This document shows positions 47,827 to 59,165 of a stretch of DNA of 64,000 nucleotides, piece after piece. How positions within the stretch are numbered: the first letter of the stretch is position 1; the number at the start of each line of letters is the position of its first letter. Both the position numbers and the translations under genes were made by a program. Source of the DNA: Guillardia theta CCMP2712 (taxonomy: Eukaryota; Protista; Cryptophyta); assembly GCF_000315625.1 (NCBI RefSeq), contig NW_005434553.1, positions 97,170 to 161,169 of the forward strand. The letters are read 5' to 3'. A model generated the notes under the pieces. The model did not search any database. It saw nothing but the letters and a program-made list of their open reading frames with translations, and was not told the DNA's origin.

Positions 47827-48804
47827 TTACTGGGGAAGGCCAAGCTCCTGCACGACAGAGATCTTGGTGGCTGCCTCGTTGAACGCATATCCAGTGATGG
47901 CGATCATGGCAAGACGGCCATTGTTGAGCTCCTTAAGCTGCATGTCCCTCTTTCCCTTGTTATCGAGTCCCCTGTAGATGTTGAGAGGGTCGAAGCCGAG
48001 ATCTCCAGGAAGGTAGTTGTCGTCCTTGAGGAGGATGGGAGCTCCGACCTGACCGTCTCCATCAATGTCAATTCCAGTGATGTCCTCCGCTCCAAGAGCC
48101 GCCATGGTGGCGCGGAAACCCGCCCTCTTCTGGATCTTGGTAGCGTAGAACTCCACAGCAGCAGAGAATGCAAGCACGCCGGCCCAGTACAAGGGAGAGA
48201 CGGCATCAAGGCCTCCGTTGAGGAGGGAAGGAACGCGAGTAAGTGCATCAACCCCGAGCTCGTCTCCACTAACGACGCCAGTGGGCGAGGCAACGAGAAG
48301 AGACTTGGCACCCATCATCTGCGCGAGGGGCTTGTTGAGAAGCTCAGCAACGGGCCACCCGAGTGCGGCGAGCATAGCAAGACGTCCGTGTTTGAGCTCG
48401 GCCTCTCTGTAGATCCTCAGCTTGGCCTTGGAGTCAGCGAGTCCGAGGGGATCAAACCCCTTGTCTCCAACCATCTCCCCATCTCCAACCACGGAGGTCT
48501 GAGGGATAATAAAGAGGGGTGCGACCTTGTCGGGTTTCACGTACTGAGTCCCACCAGTAGAAACGGGAGAAGGACCCTCGTTGACGTCCTTGGCCTTGAA
48601 GGAATCAGAGAGCGCAGAGTTCTTGAGCTTGCTGGCAGCCTGGTTGATCTGTTCATCCTCCATGGACTGCATGCGGAGGGCGAGCTTCTGGGAGGAAGGG
48701 CGCACGCATCTCGAGAGAGAAGACGAGGAAGCGATAGGGAGAGAGGAGGGAGAGAAAGAGACTGCTGAAGCTACACAAGCAAAGGCAGCGACTGTGCGGA
48801 GCAT
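47827..48804 (-). CDS. LHC: Three-helix light-harvesting complex (LHC) protein, possibly LHCZ-like, intronless, bipartite plastid presequence
   Basis: [53 protein letters not shown]; signal [17 protein letters not shown]. Confidence 0.95.
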   Translation of the reverse strand: MLRTVAAFACVASAVSFSPSSLPIASSSSLSRCVRPSSQKLALRMQSMEDEQINQAASKLKNSALSDSFKAKDVNEGPSPVSTGGTQYVKPDKVAPLFIIPQTSVVGDGEMVGDKGFDPLGLADSKAKLRIYREAELKHGRLAMLAALGWPVAELLNKPLAQMMGAKSLLVASPTGVVSGDELGVDALTRVPSLLNGGLDAVSPLYWAGVLAFSAAVEFYATKIQKRAGFRATMAALGAEDITGIDIDGDGQVGAPILLKDDNYLPGDLGFDPLNIYRGLDNKGKRDMQLKELNNGRLAMIAITGYAFNEAATKISVVQELGLPQ

Positions 48805-48889
48805 GGCTGGGTTACGATCCTGTCGTCGGGCACTAGTTATATAGCAAGCGAGAGAGGGGATATAAAGGGGAGATCCGTCTCCTGCATTG

Positions 48890-49875
48890 TTCGTGGGTGG
48901 GTACCCTACCCCACCCCACTATTTCCTTCATTGACTTGTGTGTAAGCAGTCAATATGGGGGTGGGGGTAATGACTTGCAGGGTATATCAGCGATGTCGTT
49001 CCAGAGCTTCCGGGGGATCTTACAGGCGTCGCCTTGGGTGTAGCCTACTACTTTATACCCCCAGGTAACGGTCTCGTACTTATAATGCAACGGCCGAGCG
49101 CCGCGGGCCGGCGCGGTACGGATCCGGGAACCATACCGTTATTCGGTGGCCGTGCCACCGGTTATTCGGTGGCCGTGCCACCGCCCGCTGCCACTGGCAC
49201 GGTGCCAGTGGCAGCGGCCGGGCCTGTTACTAGTTAGGCGCCGCCCGGCGGCGGCGCCGCCGGATACTAAACCGGGTCAACTTCGGCGGCGGCACTGACA
49301 GCCGGGCCCCGCCGCGGCCCCGCGGCCGGGCCGCGCCGGCGCGGTGCACTGCCGCCCGGCCGCGCCAGCCGGCGCCGGACGCCGGGTGCGGCGGCCCGGG
49401 CCCGCCGGGCGGGACCGACGGTCGCGGCCCGGCGAGTCGCCGTGGCAGCCTACTGATTTTTAACTTAACTTTGAGTAAAGTTATTGATTGTGAGGCGGTA
49501 GAATCCACGGGTCCTCACAGCTCTCATTCTACCCACCCTCCTGTCCACTTCAACCCTACCCATCAAATTAGACGATTATCCTGTAGATACCACCCGTACT
49601 TCTCGGTTTCCTTCCCCTCATTTCAACAGTGTGACCCACCCCTCCCAAACCCTCATTAGGACCCACCCCACAAATACCACCCCTTCAACATCTGTAGCCA
49701 ACCCACCCCTTGGTCATTTTTTTTGCAACCCGGAGTTGTACCCATGTCACCTACGGAACGTTGACCTATAACTACCCACCCCTTTGACTCAATTTCAGTA
49801 TCCAACGACGGGTCATATTTCATAACCCACCCTTCAAAATCCACCTGCATCAAAAAGTATGACTACCCCTTCACG
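48890..49875. promoter_or_regulatory. Layered island between divergent LHC and unknown gene (GC core ~49090-49450)
   Basis: GC palindromes; duplicated GTTATTCGGTGGCCGTGCCACCG; hairpin TGCCACTGGCAC-G-GTGCCAGTGGCA; ACCCACCC flank. Confidence 0.55.
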
Positions 49876-50063
49876 GAAGGGGATTTTACTGGGACCGGTT
49901 GTGACCTTACTGCTTCCCAGGATTCGCATGGCCTGAAATGGAAGGGGACAGAGAAGAGAAGGGAAGGGGGAGGCAAGGGAAGGAGGAACAAGTGATACAT
50001 GATAGTTTGAGGGTTGATATGCTTTGTGCAGTCTTGTTTCAATCTCAGTGCATACTTGCCAAC

Positions 50064-51701
50064 ATGGCTCACTTCAACTCCATGGTGACAGAATGTATGT
50101 CCATTGTGCTAGAGCCGACTCAGTGAATGGCGGGAGACAGACAAGAGCTTCTTGATTCTGAAAAGCACTGAATATGCCAGATAGACGATTTGAGCACAAT
50201 CTCTCTTAGTTGTAGTGAGAAGATTCTATAAGACGTTAGCGGTTTCGATATGAGATGTTCTACGAGTCCCCTTTCCTTGCAACAGGTAGCAAGAAAAACA
50301 GGCAGGGCTGACGATGCTCCAGCTCTACAAGCTCTTGGATCGAACTCAAGTAGTCCGTGGATCGTTCTCACGTAGTGACAAGAACAAGAACACACGAGCA
50401 TCACTATTTCTGCAACGGCATCCCAGGTATGTCGGATTCGACCAACTCGGCGACGGAAAGGCCAAAACGCGACGCTGCAAAGAAGGTGGGGGATCTGTGC
50501 CATGCTAGCTTGGATGTGTGCTTGATCTGACATGTTCGTCGACATCGCCGATGTTGCTTCTGCACTGTTTGATGATGTGCTCCCTCCAGTTCCTCAACGG
50601 TGACGCTGCTGTGAAGACTGAGCCGAAGAAACCGGACGCGAGGTAGGCTGTCTCCTGCATGGCTGCCTCTGTAACCGTGCCCCGCAGCCCCTCCTCCTCT
50701 CGACCAGCTAGGAAGGGCACGAAAGACACGAAGGAGAACAAAGATTCCAAGGATGGAGGTATTGTGACCAAGCTGGACTCTATCAGTCTTCCTCTGATCC
50801 TCTGATATGTTTGTTCAGGTACGAGCAAGCGGACAGCGGAGAAGTCGTCGTCGGGAGCAAGCAGCTCGAACAAGTGACCCGCGCAAGGTTGTTGCTATCA
50901 CGGGTGTGACTGACGGGGTTGTAGCGCTGGGGAAGCTGAGAAGAAGAAGCGTATGCAGGAAAACCTGCCCAAGATCACCGTCGACAAGGTGAGGGAGAGT
51001 TGGCTCTTGAATGCTCACCTGACATGCTCTCAGGGGATTCGAAGATTGGACGTTGCAGCGCTGAAGAAGGTGATGGAGCCCCGGGGGGTTTGCGCGTGCG
51101 ATGGGGCTGGTGATGGTGAAGACGATGACGTTTGTTTGGTTGCAACAGTACAAAAGACACTTCGGGCTCAAGACTGGACCTACGAGCAACAACAAAGAAG
51201 ACTTGCAGGTCTTCAGACAAGCATCTGATTTCCCTCCATGCTCACCCTTCATGCTCTTCTTCATCTGTCCTGTTCACTTGTTTCTATCCCAATTCCGCTC
51301 ACCTCCTCCCCTTCACCATCCCCTGTCTTCTCGATTATCTCTGTTTCCGTTCACCTGATCTCTTTCTTCTATCAGGCTGCGGTCATCCGCCATTTTGCCA
51401 ACTTGAAACCCGAGGCTGGAAGGATTGAACGAGTGGGCAACAAAGCTCTGATTGCTTGCTCTTACTTGATGTCTGCAGAATTTCCTCAAACTCATCAAGG
51501 AGCAGAAGGGGAATAAGTGAGGATTTTACATCATGATCTCCGTCTCATGACTCACGGCATGTATTGCAGGAGTGAGAGTACTTGAGGGCAGTCAGCCTCA
51601 TCCTGTTTCATGTGTCTACACTCGATGATTATGTAAACTTTACCGACGTCACTGCTCTGCATGCCTTCACCACTCTACAGCTGCCACGTCGTCATCCATG
51701 A
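50064..51701 (+). CDS. Uncharacterised multi-exon gene
   Basis: Series of short open exons with GT-AG boundaries (e.g. DVCLVATVQKTLRAQDWTYEQQQRRL; AAVIRHFANLKPEAGRIER); boundaries uncertain. Confidence 0.35.
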
Positions 51702-51711
51702 CGCATGTCGC

Positions 51712-53245
51712 TCATGGTGGTCGTATGCCGTGCCGCTTCATCTCCGACATGAAACGAGAGTGGAACTGCAAGGGAGTCATCCCAAGGCCGTGAGGAGGAG
51801 GCGACGTGAAGACGTGGTGCCGCTCTCTGTCCAGGAAGACATCCACCAGCGTTCTGCCGTCGATCCCGGCGCTCTCGACGCCTTCCACGGGGAATTTGCA
51901 GGACTTGAAGAACGTCTTGACGTCGTCGACGTCCCAGGCGAGCAGGTCTGAAGGGCGGGAGTCTACAGCAGGAGGTCAGCTGGGGAGGGATGGCACCCTT
52001 GACCCACCCTGATCGACGGCAGAGGGAGGTCGAAGGGACCCGTCCATCACGTTGGGCCCGTTGCCTTCTATGAGCGACACCATCCACTCTCTGATCACCA
52101 GCGTGATCTCCCGATGAGCGTCGGGCACTTGAAACCACTCGATGAGCATGTCTGCCGGAAAGCCGATGATGTCAGCGATCTGCGGCACGCGTCACTTGGC
52201 CAGCTGCCGGCCCCCAGCTCGCTGCCCCCAGCTGCCCTGCTAGTCACCTGGTCGATGTCAAGGTTGTGGAAGCACATGACGCTGGAGAGCCAGAGCTTTG
52301 TCTTCTCCCACCGGAACTTCCCGGCGTTAGCGAAGAAGCTCTGGATCCAGGACCTGAGGTGCGGCGTGAAGATTTCCATCTTCATGGGGTCCTGAAACCA
52401 CAACTGCAGCCGGTCTACTGGAACTCCCGAGCTGTCAGCGATCTGTGAGGCAAGCAGGCGTCACTGGGAGCTGGAGAGGAGATCGCTCGCACCAGGTCCA
52501 AGCTCAGTCCCTCTCGCCATATCGCTGCCTCAATCCAGGTCTTGGTCTCGATCGCAAATCGCCTCCTCCTGTCCTCCTCGCTCTCGTCGACCCTCCCCTA
52601 CTCTTCTGTTGTCAGCAAGGCCAGCTACAACACACTGCCCTCCATGTATCACCCGGGCGCTGCGTAGCCGAGACGTCTGTTTGCGTCGAGGCTCAGGGGA
52701 GAGGTCTCCTCTCTCTCTTCTTGCGGAGCAACAACAACAGGTGCGTCAAGCTCGTTGCCGCCACTGGGGATGGCGGCAGCAGCTTCTGTCGCTTCCTCAG
52801 GTCTGGGGTACTTGCGGGGTCTCCCTCGCTTCCTCTTTGGCTGCTCCCCCACAGCTGGGACGGCTATCTGAGGCTTCCTCGGCCTCCTCGTGTACGCCGT
52901 TCGACTCCTCCGTTTCTTGGGAGCCCCCCGTTTGGTTGGCTTTGTCGCGGCGCTGTCAGGAGAAGCAGCTTGAGTCTGCTTCCGATACTGATACTGCCTC
53001 CACCCGGAAGGTTCTGCGCAAGCAGGGGTTTGCTGTTCTGGAATCCTGGCATACAAGGAGAAGTTGCCGGTAAGGTGAACATGCATGGGGTCGAAGTTGC
53101 TAGAAGAGTTGGCTCTGTTCGAGATTCCTTGCAGTGATTTAGTGGCAGCTGATGATTGATGGAGTCCCTGATTCACATTCGGATCATCTGGCACGACGCT
53201 CTTGTTGAAATGTTTCTTTTGTCCTCGAGGAATGAAGTATGGCAT
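51712..53245 (-). CDS. AT-hook plus SAM-domain protein, multi-exon
   Basis: AT-hook KRKRGRPRKYP. Final exon, read by hand and not in the ORF track: DLLAWDVDDVKTFFKSCKFPVEGVESAGIDGRTLVDVF...GLGMTPLQF, which fits the SAM pattern W..ddV....IDG..L....LG. Confidence 0.72.
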
Positions 53246-53549
53246 GATGATGATTTCAAGGCTCAAGCTGAAGGGGACACTTTTGTTGCTTGATGGCAGA
53301 GCAGGAAGGAAGCAGTCTTTCTCAATTTCACAAATCAAGACCGACAGGAGGCTGAAAGTTGGGCAGGTGTTTGATTGCTTCAAGGGTTCAAGTTTCCTCG
53401 CAGCTGAAATTCAGAACTCTCTAGCGCTCATGAAGTCGATCAGCCAAGTTTGTGTCAGGCTTGCGGGGGCCTATGTTTGCCCACCCTACCTCAGTCTTCA
53501 ATCGCAGATGACTCCGACTGTCTCTCAATGTTACAGCGATCGCCTTCAC

Positions 53550-55135
53550 TCCTAACTCCGTGGCAGTCGACTCGTCAGACACGCTGACTCAGGTCAGGCT
53601 GCCCAGCGCGTCACTCACGGTACGGTGCCAGCTAGTCGAACAGTCACGGCGGAGCCTCAGTCTTGATGCAGAACGATCGTCCCTGTGACCGTACGGTGAG
53701 CCTGAGCGCTCAGTGGGTCAGGTCACCGTCAGATGTGCCTCCGGCATCGCCGCATCTCAGACTATCCGATCATTCATCGCCGTGTGCCTCGGTCGCTTGT
53801 CAAAATCCGAGAGACTCTTGAAAGTTCAGCGGCCACGGTGACCCACGGTGAGCGGGCCAGCCCTACTGCCGTGACTCACTGGCGAGTCAGTGACTGATCG
53901 GACTCGCCGGACCATTGGCGGGCCTGCCACTGTAACTGCGGAGTGGTACTGGGTCGGCGGGCAACCAGCTCTACTACGGGTACCGTACTCAGGTGACTAC
54001 CGTACGGGCCTCCGGCCCACTGAGTCACACGTAGTACCTCGTGACTCAGTGATAGTACTGATTTTTAATTGAACTTTGTGTAAAGAAGCCGGTGGAGTAC
54101 CTGACAGTGCCCGGCGCAGCCTGGCAGTGCCGCATCATGGCATTGGGTTTAGGTGACGGTGACCGTGAATTGCTATCACCACCATATTATTTACTACCAT
54201 TGCCTGCATTTACAGCCCTACCGCTACCCGGCACCGTTTGTATCCGTCACTGAGTCACTCAGAGACTCGGACTGCCGGGTGCTTCTCTTTCGCTCACTGG
54301 GCTACAAGGCCCGAATGCTGCAAGCCGCTCGGAAGCGCAAGGCCGACCGTCGGACTCGGAGGACGGATCCTCCGAGGCGAAGAAGGCGGCAAGCGGCAGC
54401 CTCGGAGGCTCGTCCGACGGCGGGGGAGAGCGAGGCCGGGCGCGGTCCGATCCTCCCAGGTTTAGTTTTTACTCAAAGGGAGGAGCCTGTAACGTACTAG
54501 TAGTAGCCTCGTCTGTAACTTGCCGCTCAGGCTGAGTCGGTGAGTTAGTGACGGAGGCTGCCAGTCAAAATTGCCCTTCAATGAACCGAACGTTGCGGGG
54601 CAAACTTCCGAAGTTCCGTTTCTTCTCAACCGTGTGCCGAGCGTACGAGTACGGGTTCCGGGCGGCAATACGGTACGGTCACACTTACATTATTAGTACC
54701 GTAGGGCTCTACTCTCTTGATTGTCCCATGGTACCGTACTGATTTTCAACTTAACTTTGACGGTAAAAGAGACTAGGGCTCTGACCGCACGGCGGCCGGC
54801 CGCCCGCGTGAGACTCGCCCGCCGCGCTGAGCCTTCCGACTATCCGGGTCGTGACCCGACCGTGACTTGTTGGTGTTAAAAGAGCCAAAGGAGTGACGGT
54901 CACGAGGGCTGTTGACATGCGGGGATGAAATATAAACTCCTGAGTCATCTTGCTATGTGGTAAGGTGGGGTGGGGTGGGTACTTCTTCGACTGGAATTAA
55001 AGGGCCAGGGACGAGATATAAAAGCTGACAGGGGTGGAAATGCTGGAATGGTAGGGTGGGGTAGTAAGAGACGGAGGAATCGTTGCGAAATAGGTTGTGG
55101 GGCTCAAGGGGCGGGGGTGGGGTAGGGGCTCCCTG
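53550..55135. promoter_or_regulatory. Extended island between divergent AT-hook/SAM gene and RWP-RK array
   Basis: Dense GACTCAG/TGAGTC/ACGGT/ACCGT motifs, GC patches, two copies of the 30-bp motif, GGGGTGGGGT flank. Confidence 0.55.
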
Positions 55136-55180
55136 ACAAAAGGACTGGTTTCGAGCGAACCGCTATCGAAAGCGATAGGA

Positions 55181-55852
55181 ATGGCGCATCCGATGCGAGA
55201 GCACGCGTACATGGTGATCCCGAGGAGGAGGAGGGTCGCAGCGCCATGGAATGAGAGAACACCTGCCATGTCCATCACTAGAGAGTCCCTCCAACGCCTC
55301 TTCTGCATGCGCCAGGTCCATGCTGCAAGACACCTGGTAAGGAAGATTGTTGTTCGTTTCAACCATCTCGTTTTTGACTGTGTGGTTGATGTGCAGGGCA
55401 TCTCGCTCACAGCCTTCAAGAACGCTTGCAAGCACCTCGGATACGACCGATGGCCATACCAAAAAGAAGGCGACGGAGCAAGCCCTTCCCCCATCAACAT
55501 TCATGGCTGGCCTGAAAGTTCTGGTGAGGGGAGAACAACAGACACAGAGCAAGCAGGGGAGCATGAAGGCGATGAGTTTTCTGCACAGCCTCAATCTCCT
55601 GCCTACCCCATGCTCGACTGCACCAGCAATATAGAGCAAGAGATCACGTTCTCGGATACGTCTGAGGACTTGCAATGCAATTCGCCAGCAAATCAAGAAA
55701 ATTTGTCGCCATGGCAGGAGGAGACGACCGGGCTGCACGGAGCAGAGAAGCCCAACGAAGAGGAAGGCCAAGATGTCGAGGTGCGACTGCACAGGGACTG
55801 GATCGAGTGGTTCGTGGGGATGGGGAATGACGATCCTACAATCGAGTGGTGA
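55181..55852 (+). CDS. RWP-RK transcription factor, array copy 1 (intron 55337-55396)
   Basis: LFCMRQVHAARHL/GISLTAFKNACKHLGYDRWPYQK after removing a 60-nt GT-AG intron. Confidence 0.9.
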   Translation: MAHPMREHAYMVIPRRRRVAAPWNERTPAMSITRESLQRLFCMRQVHAARHLVRKIVVRFNHLVFDCVVDVQGISLTAFKNACKHLGYDRWPYQKEGDGASPSPINIHGWPESSGEGRTTDTEQAGEHEGDEFSAQPQSPAYPMLDCTSNIEQEITFSDTSEDLQCNSPANQENLSPWQEETTGLHGAEKPNEEEGQDVEVRLHRDWIEWFVGMGNDDPTIEW

Positions 55853-56468
55853 CGGGGAGATCCCCCCCCTCACAAGAGATGCGAGAAATCCAATATGGCA
55901 CTAGTATTATTTACAGGTCTTCATGCAAGTGTGAAGGAGGAAGAGGAGAGGCAATTAAGAGGGAATAATGCAACCATATCTTTGCATTCATCTTTAAAAT
56001 CAGAGGATGAGGCTGATTGTTGGTTTACCCGGTGTGAATGATAGCAATAAATTGGTGAAAATATGAGCTTGACTTGTTCTTGACTGGATGAACGTCTTCC
56101 TCGGTTTACAAACTTCTAGTCTCTGCAAAGCAACTGGCAGACACTGCGTGAAAGAGTTGGCAGGATGATGGGTTGAATGTGCGCAATGCTACGGGGTTGT
56201 TGTCGTCGATGAGCATCATGCATCTTTTCGGCCTTTTTTTTAACTGAGATATGAATGGCTATCAGATTTTTGATAACAAGTCGTTTCGTTGGGAGACTGG
56301 AGGCCTCCCAGGAAAAAGTCACGGAAGCGACGGTGTATTTTGTCATCCGGTCACGGTCAGCATTTGACTGGTACGAGGGGGGACGAAATGTAGTAAACTC
56401 GGAGCAAAACCCCCGCACTTTGTTCCCTTGCACGCTCCCGCCGGGATCAGATCGCGGCAGTCCCAAGC

Positions 56469-57185
56469 ATGTCGCTACAGCAGCCAGCCGACGCCTACAT
56501 GGTATTCCCAAGAAGAAAGAGAACGGCGCCTGATGAGGAACGTCCCCCCGCCATGTCCATCACTAGAGAGTCCCTCCAACGCCTCTTCTGCATGCGCCAG
56601 GTCCACGCTGCGAATCACCTGGTGAGGAAGATTGTTGTTCGTTTCCACCATCTCGTTTCTGACTGTAGAATGGATGTGCAGGGCATCTCGCTCACAGCCT
56701 TCAAGAACGCTTGCAAGCACCTCGGATACGACCGATGGCCATACCAAAAAGAAGGCGACGGAGCAAGCTTGTCGTCGAGCCCCACCACTACACTTTCATG
56801 GGAGTCAGAGAATGGGGAGGTAGCGATGGTGAGACCTATTGGTGCTGGAGATGTTGACAGCGAGAACAATCTTGCTGCCTTTGAAGTGACGAAGCTTTCT
56901 CCTGGGAACTCTTCTCCTCACTGGAGCTCAGCCACTCCCACAGACTTGGCATTGCGACACGAGGGCGATGGCTGCGATTCGTACATGAGCGATCAGCAGC
57001 AAGGGGAGGAGTCAGATGCATCTGAGGTCGTGATGAGCTGCTCATCTGATGCTCAGGCTGGACCTACCCGTATGCGTGAAGAAGAAGAGGGCAGGAAGGA
57101 GTCAGGTGTGTCCATACAGTGGATCGAGTGGTTCGTTGGTGTGGGTTTTGAAGATCCAAGGATTGCGATGGATGACGAGGGATGA
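56469..57185 (+). CDS. RWP-RK transcription factor, array copy 2 (intron 56622-56681)
   Basis: Domain and intron nearly identical to copy 1. Confidence 0.9.
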   Translation: MSLQQPADAYMVFPRRKRTAPDEERPPAMSITRESLQRLFCMRQVHAANHLVRKIVVRFHHLVSDCRMDVQGISLTAFKNACKHLGYDRWPYQKEGDGASLSSSPTTTLSWESENGEVAMVRPIGAGDVDSENNLAAFEVTKLSPGNSSPHWSSATPTDLALRHEGDGCDSYMSDQQQGEESDASEVVMSCSSDAQAGPTRMREEEEGRKESGVSIQWIEWFVGVGFEDPRIAMDDEG

Positions 57186-58252
57186 TGAGAGGAAGAGCAG
57201 TGACAGAGCGTCTTAAAGTCGTGCACTTGCAACATGATCGTGATCGGGATGTAATGATGATCACAGTGTACATAGGAACTCAACCAATTTAGCCTGTTGG
57301 AATGTACAATAAAGTTTTCAGCAGTAATTTGACTACGCTGTTCAAATCCTCCAGCAGACCATTCTCGCCAGGTCGTTGACGATCGAGATGTAGTCCTGGG
57401 TTACACTTTGTGCGCCTCTGCGATTTCCTCGTCCTAATGAAGGGGATGGCGGTGAAGAAGTACAGACATGCTGACCCTTGCCGGGTTCATCTCTTCATTC
57501 CCTGGTTTGTCTCCGATAACATCACTTGAAATTCGTGACGATGTACCTGGACCTGAGGAGTAGACGTGTACGATATCCCGAAAGTTAATGCGTGGTTTGA
57601 CAGCATTTCCGGGATGATGTTTCCGATGTTGTTTGAGACATCCTAGTACCCTCTTCTGGTGTGATGTGCGGGGTGACGGACGGGCTGGAGGACCAACCTG
57701 TACCGTGCCATTCCGAACAAATTGAACCGTTTACAGTATAGCGGATCGACCTACTACGTTGGGATGAGTTAGCTGGGGTGTGGATCGGCAACCTCAACAG
57801 AAAGTCCTGTGAATAAACATCCCTTGCTTTTTTAAAGATCTCAAAGAACGGCATTCCTTGGCAGATTCCTGGGTGGCTGTCGGGAGTCATATGAGGCTCG
57901 GAGTCAGTACCGACCGGCCCGGGGGAGCCTGACTACCTCTGAACGTCACTGTTTTACTTAACTTTGAGTAAACCAGTTTTACAAGATATAAAACTAATGG
58001 CGGCCGCCTGGAGAGATATCGCATTATTAACACCAGTCAGCCAGGCTCGTGATCCCATGGCCGCTACAGTGCGCCGTGACAACAAACCGTGACCAGTCTC
58101 CGAGGGTTTCGTGATCATATCAGAAGGGCACAAATAAGCCAGCCATTTCCCTCGTGACTATTGACCGTATGATGACAGGGCAGGTGTAACAGGGATCTCT
58201 GCCTCTGTGCCCCTCTGCCCTCCTTTAACTAAGACCTGCCCCAGCCCTCGAC

Positions 58253-58285
<33 letters not shown>

Positions 58286-58331
58286 CGCTACTAGAGGACA
58301 GCAACAAGAGTGCAACAGCGTCAACAATAGG

Positions 58332-58896
58332 ATGAAGATGATGCAGCGAGATGCCTATATAGTCTTCCCAAGACGAAGAAGGAGCGCCCCCGATCAGCAG
58401 CGACCTTCCGCCATGTCCATCACCAGAGCCTCCCTCGAAGCTCTCTTCTGCATGCGCCAGGTCCACGCTGCGGAGCACCTGGTGAGGCAGAGGCTTGTGT
58501 GAGGAGGGAGAGGGAGGAGGAGAAGCTGATGGGGAGGTTGCTTGGCAGGAGATCTCGCTGACGGCGCTGAAGAACGCGTGCAAGTCACTAGGGATCGATC
58601 GCTGGCCTTACTGCCGAGGAGACGAAGATGCGATGGGTTCCTCGCCGAGTGGGAGCTTGGTTGGATATAGGAGCCTGCCTGGGGGTCCTGAAGACAGCAG
58701 CGCCGCGACACTGCGCATTGCAGAAATCGAAGAGGAGAATCCTGGAGCCGAAGAGGGCACTCCAAAAGCGATGGTGGTTGGGGGTAGCATGGAGTCAAAC
58801 TGGAACAGCATGACCATTCAGCAGGATGAGTGCGGAACAAACCCGTTTGTGCATGGAGGATCGGACGACTTGTGGGAGGTGCCGACAGAATTCTAG
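58332..58896 (+). CDS. RWP-RK transcription factor, array copy 3 (intron 58482-58548)
   Basis: MKMMQRDAYIVFPRRRR...LFCMRQVHAAEHL/EISLTALKNACKSLGIDRWPYCR. Confidence 0.88.
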
Positions 58897-59165
58897 GAAA
58901 ACAAGGATGCAGCGAAAACCGCTACTCCAACCACACGAGCGACGGGATGCACAAGCAGGTACACCAAGGCCTCAAAGTTTGGTTGCGAATGTACAACTAT
59001 CACAGTGTAGAAGCTGATTGAAACTTGTTTTTAACAATAACAAAACTGTAATACTACGTGAGTACGACGTGATCAGGTGGCATCCATGACCGAAGCTGAC
59101 AGTCAAAACTCATGTCTCCCCGATTCTCATAACCTTCCCCATCCCTCCTCCTCTCATTGCACAAC

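Noticed and set aside
51661-51951. + strand 96-aa ORF as an overlapping gene
   Set aside because: It is the antisense shadow of the SAM-domain exon on the - strand.
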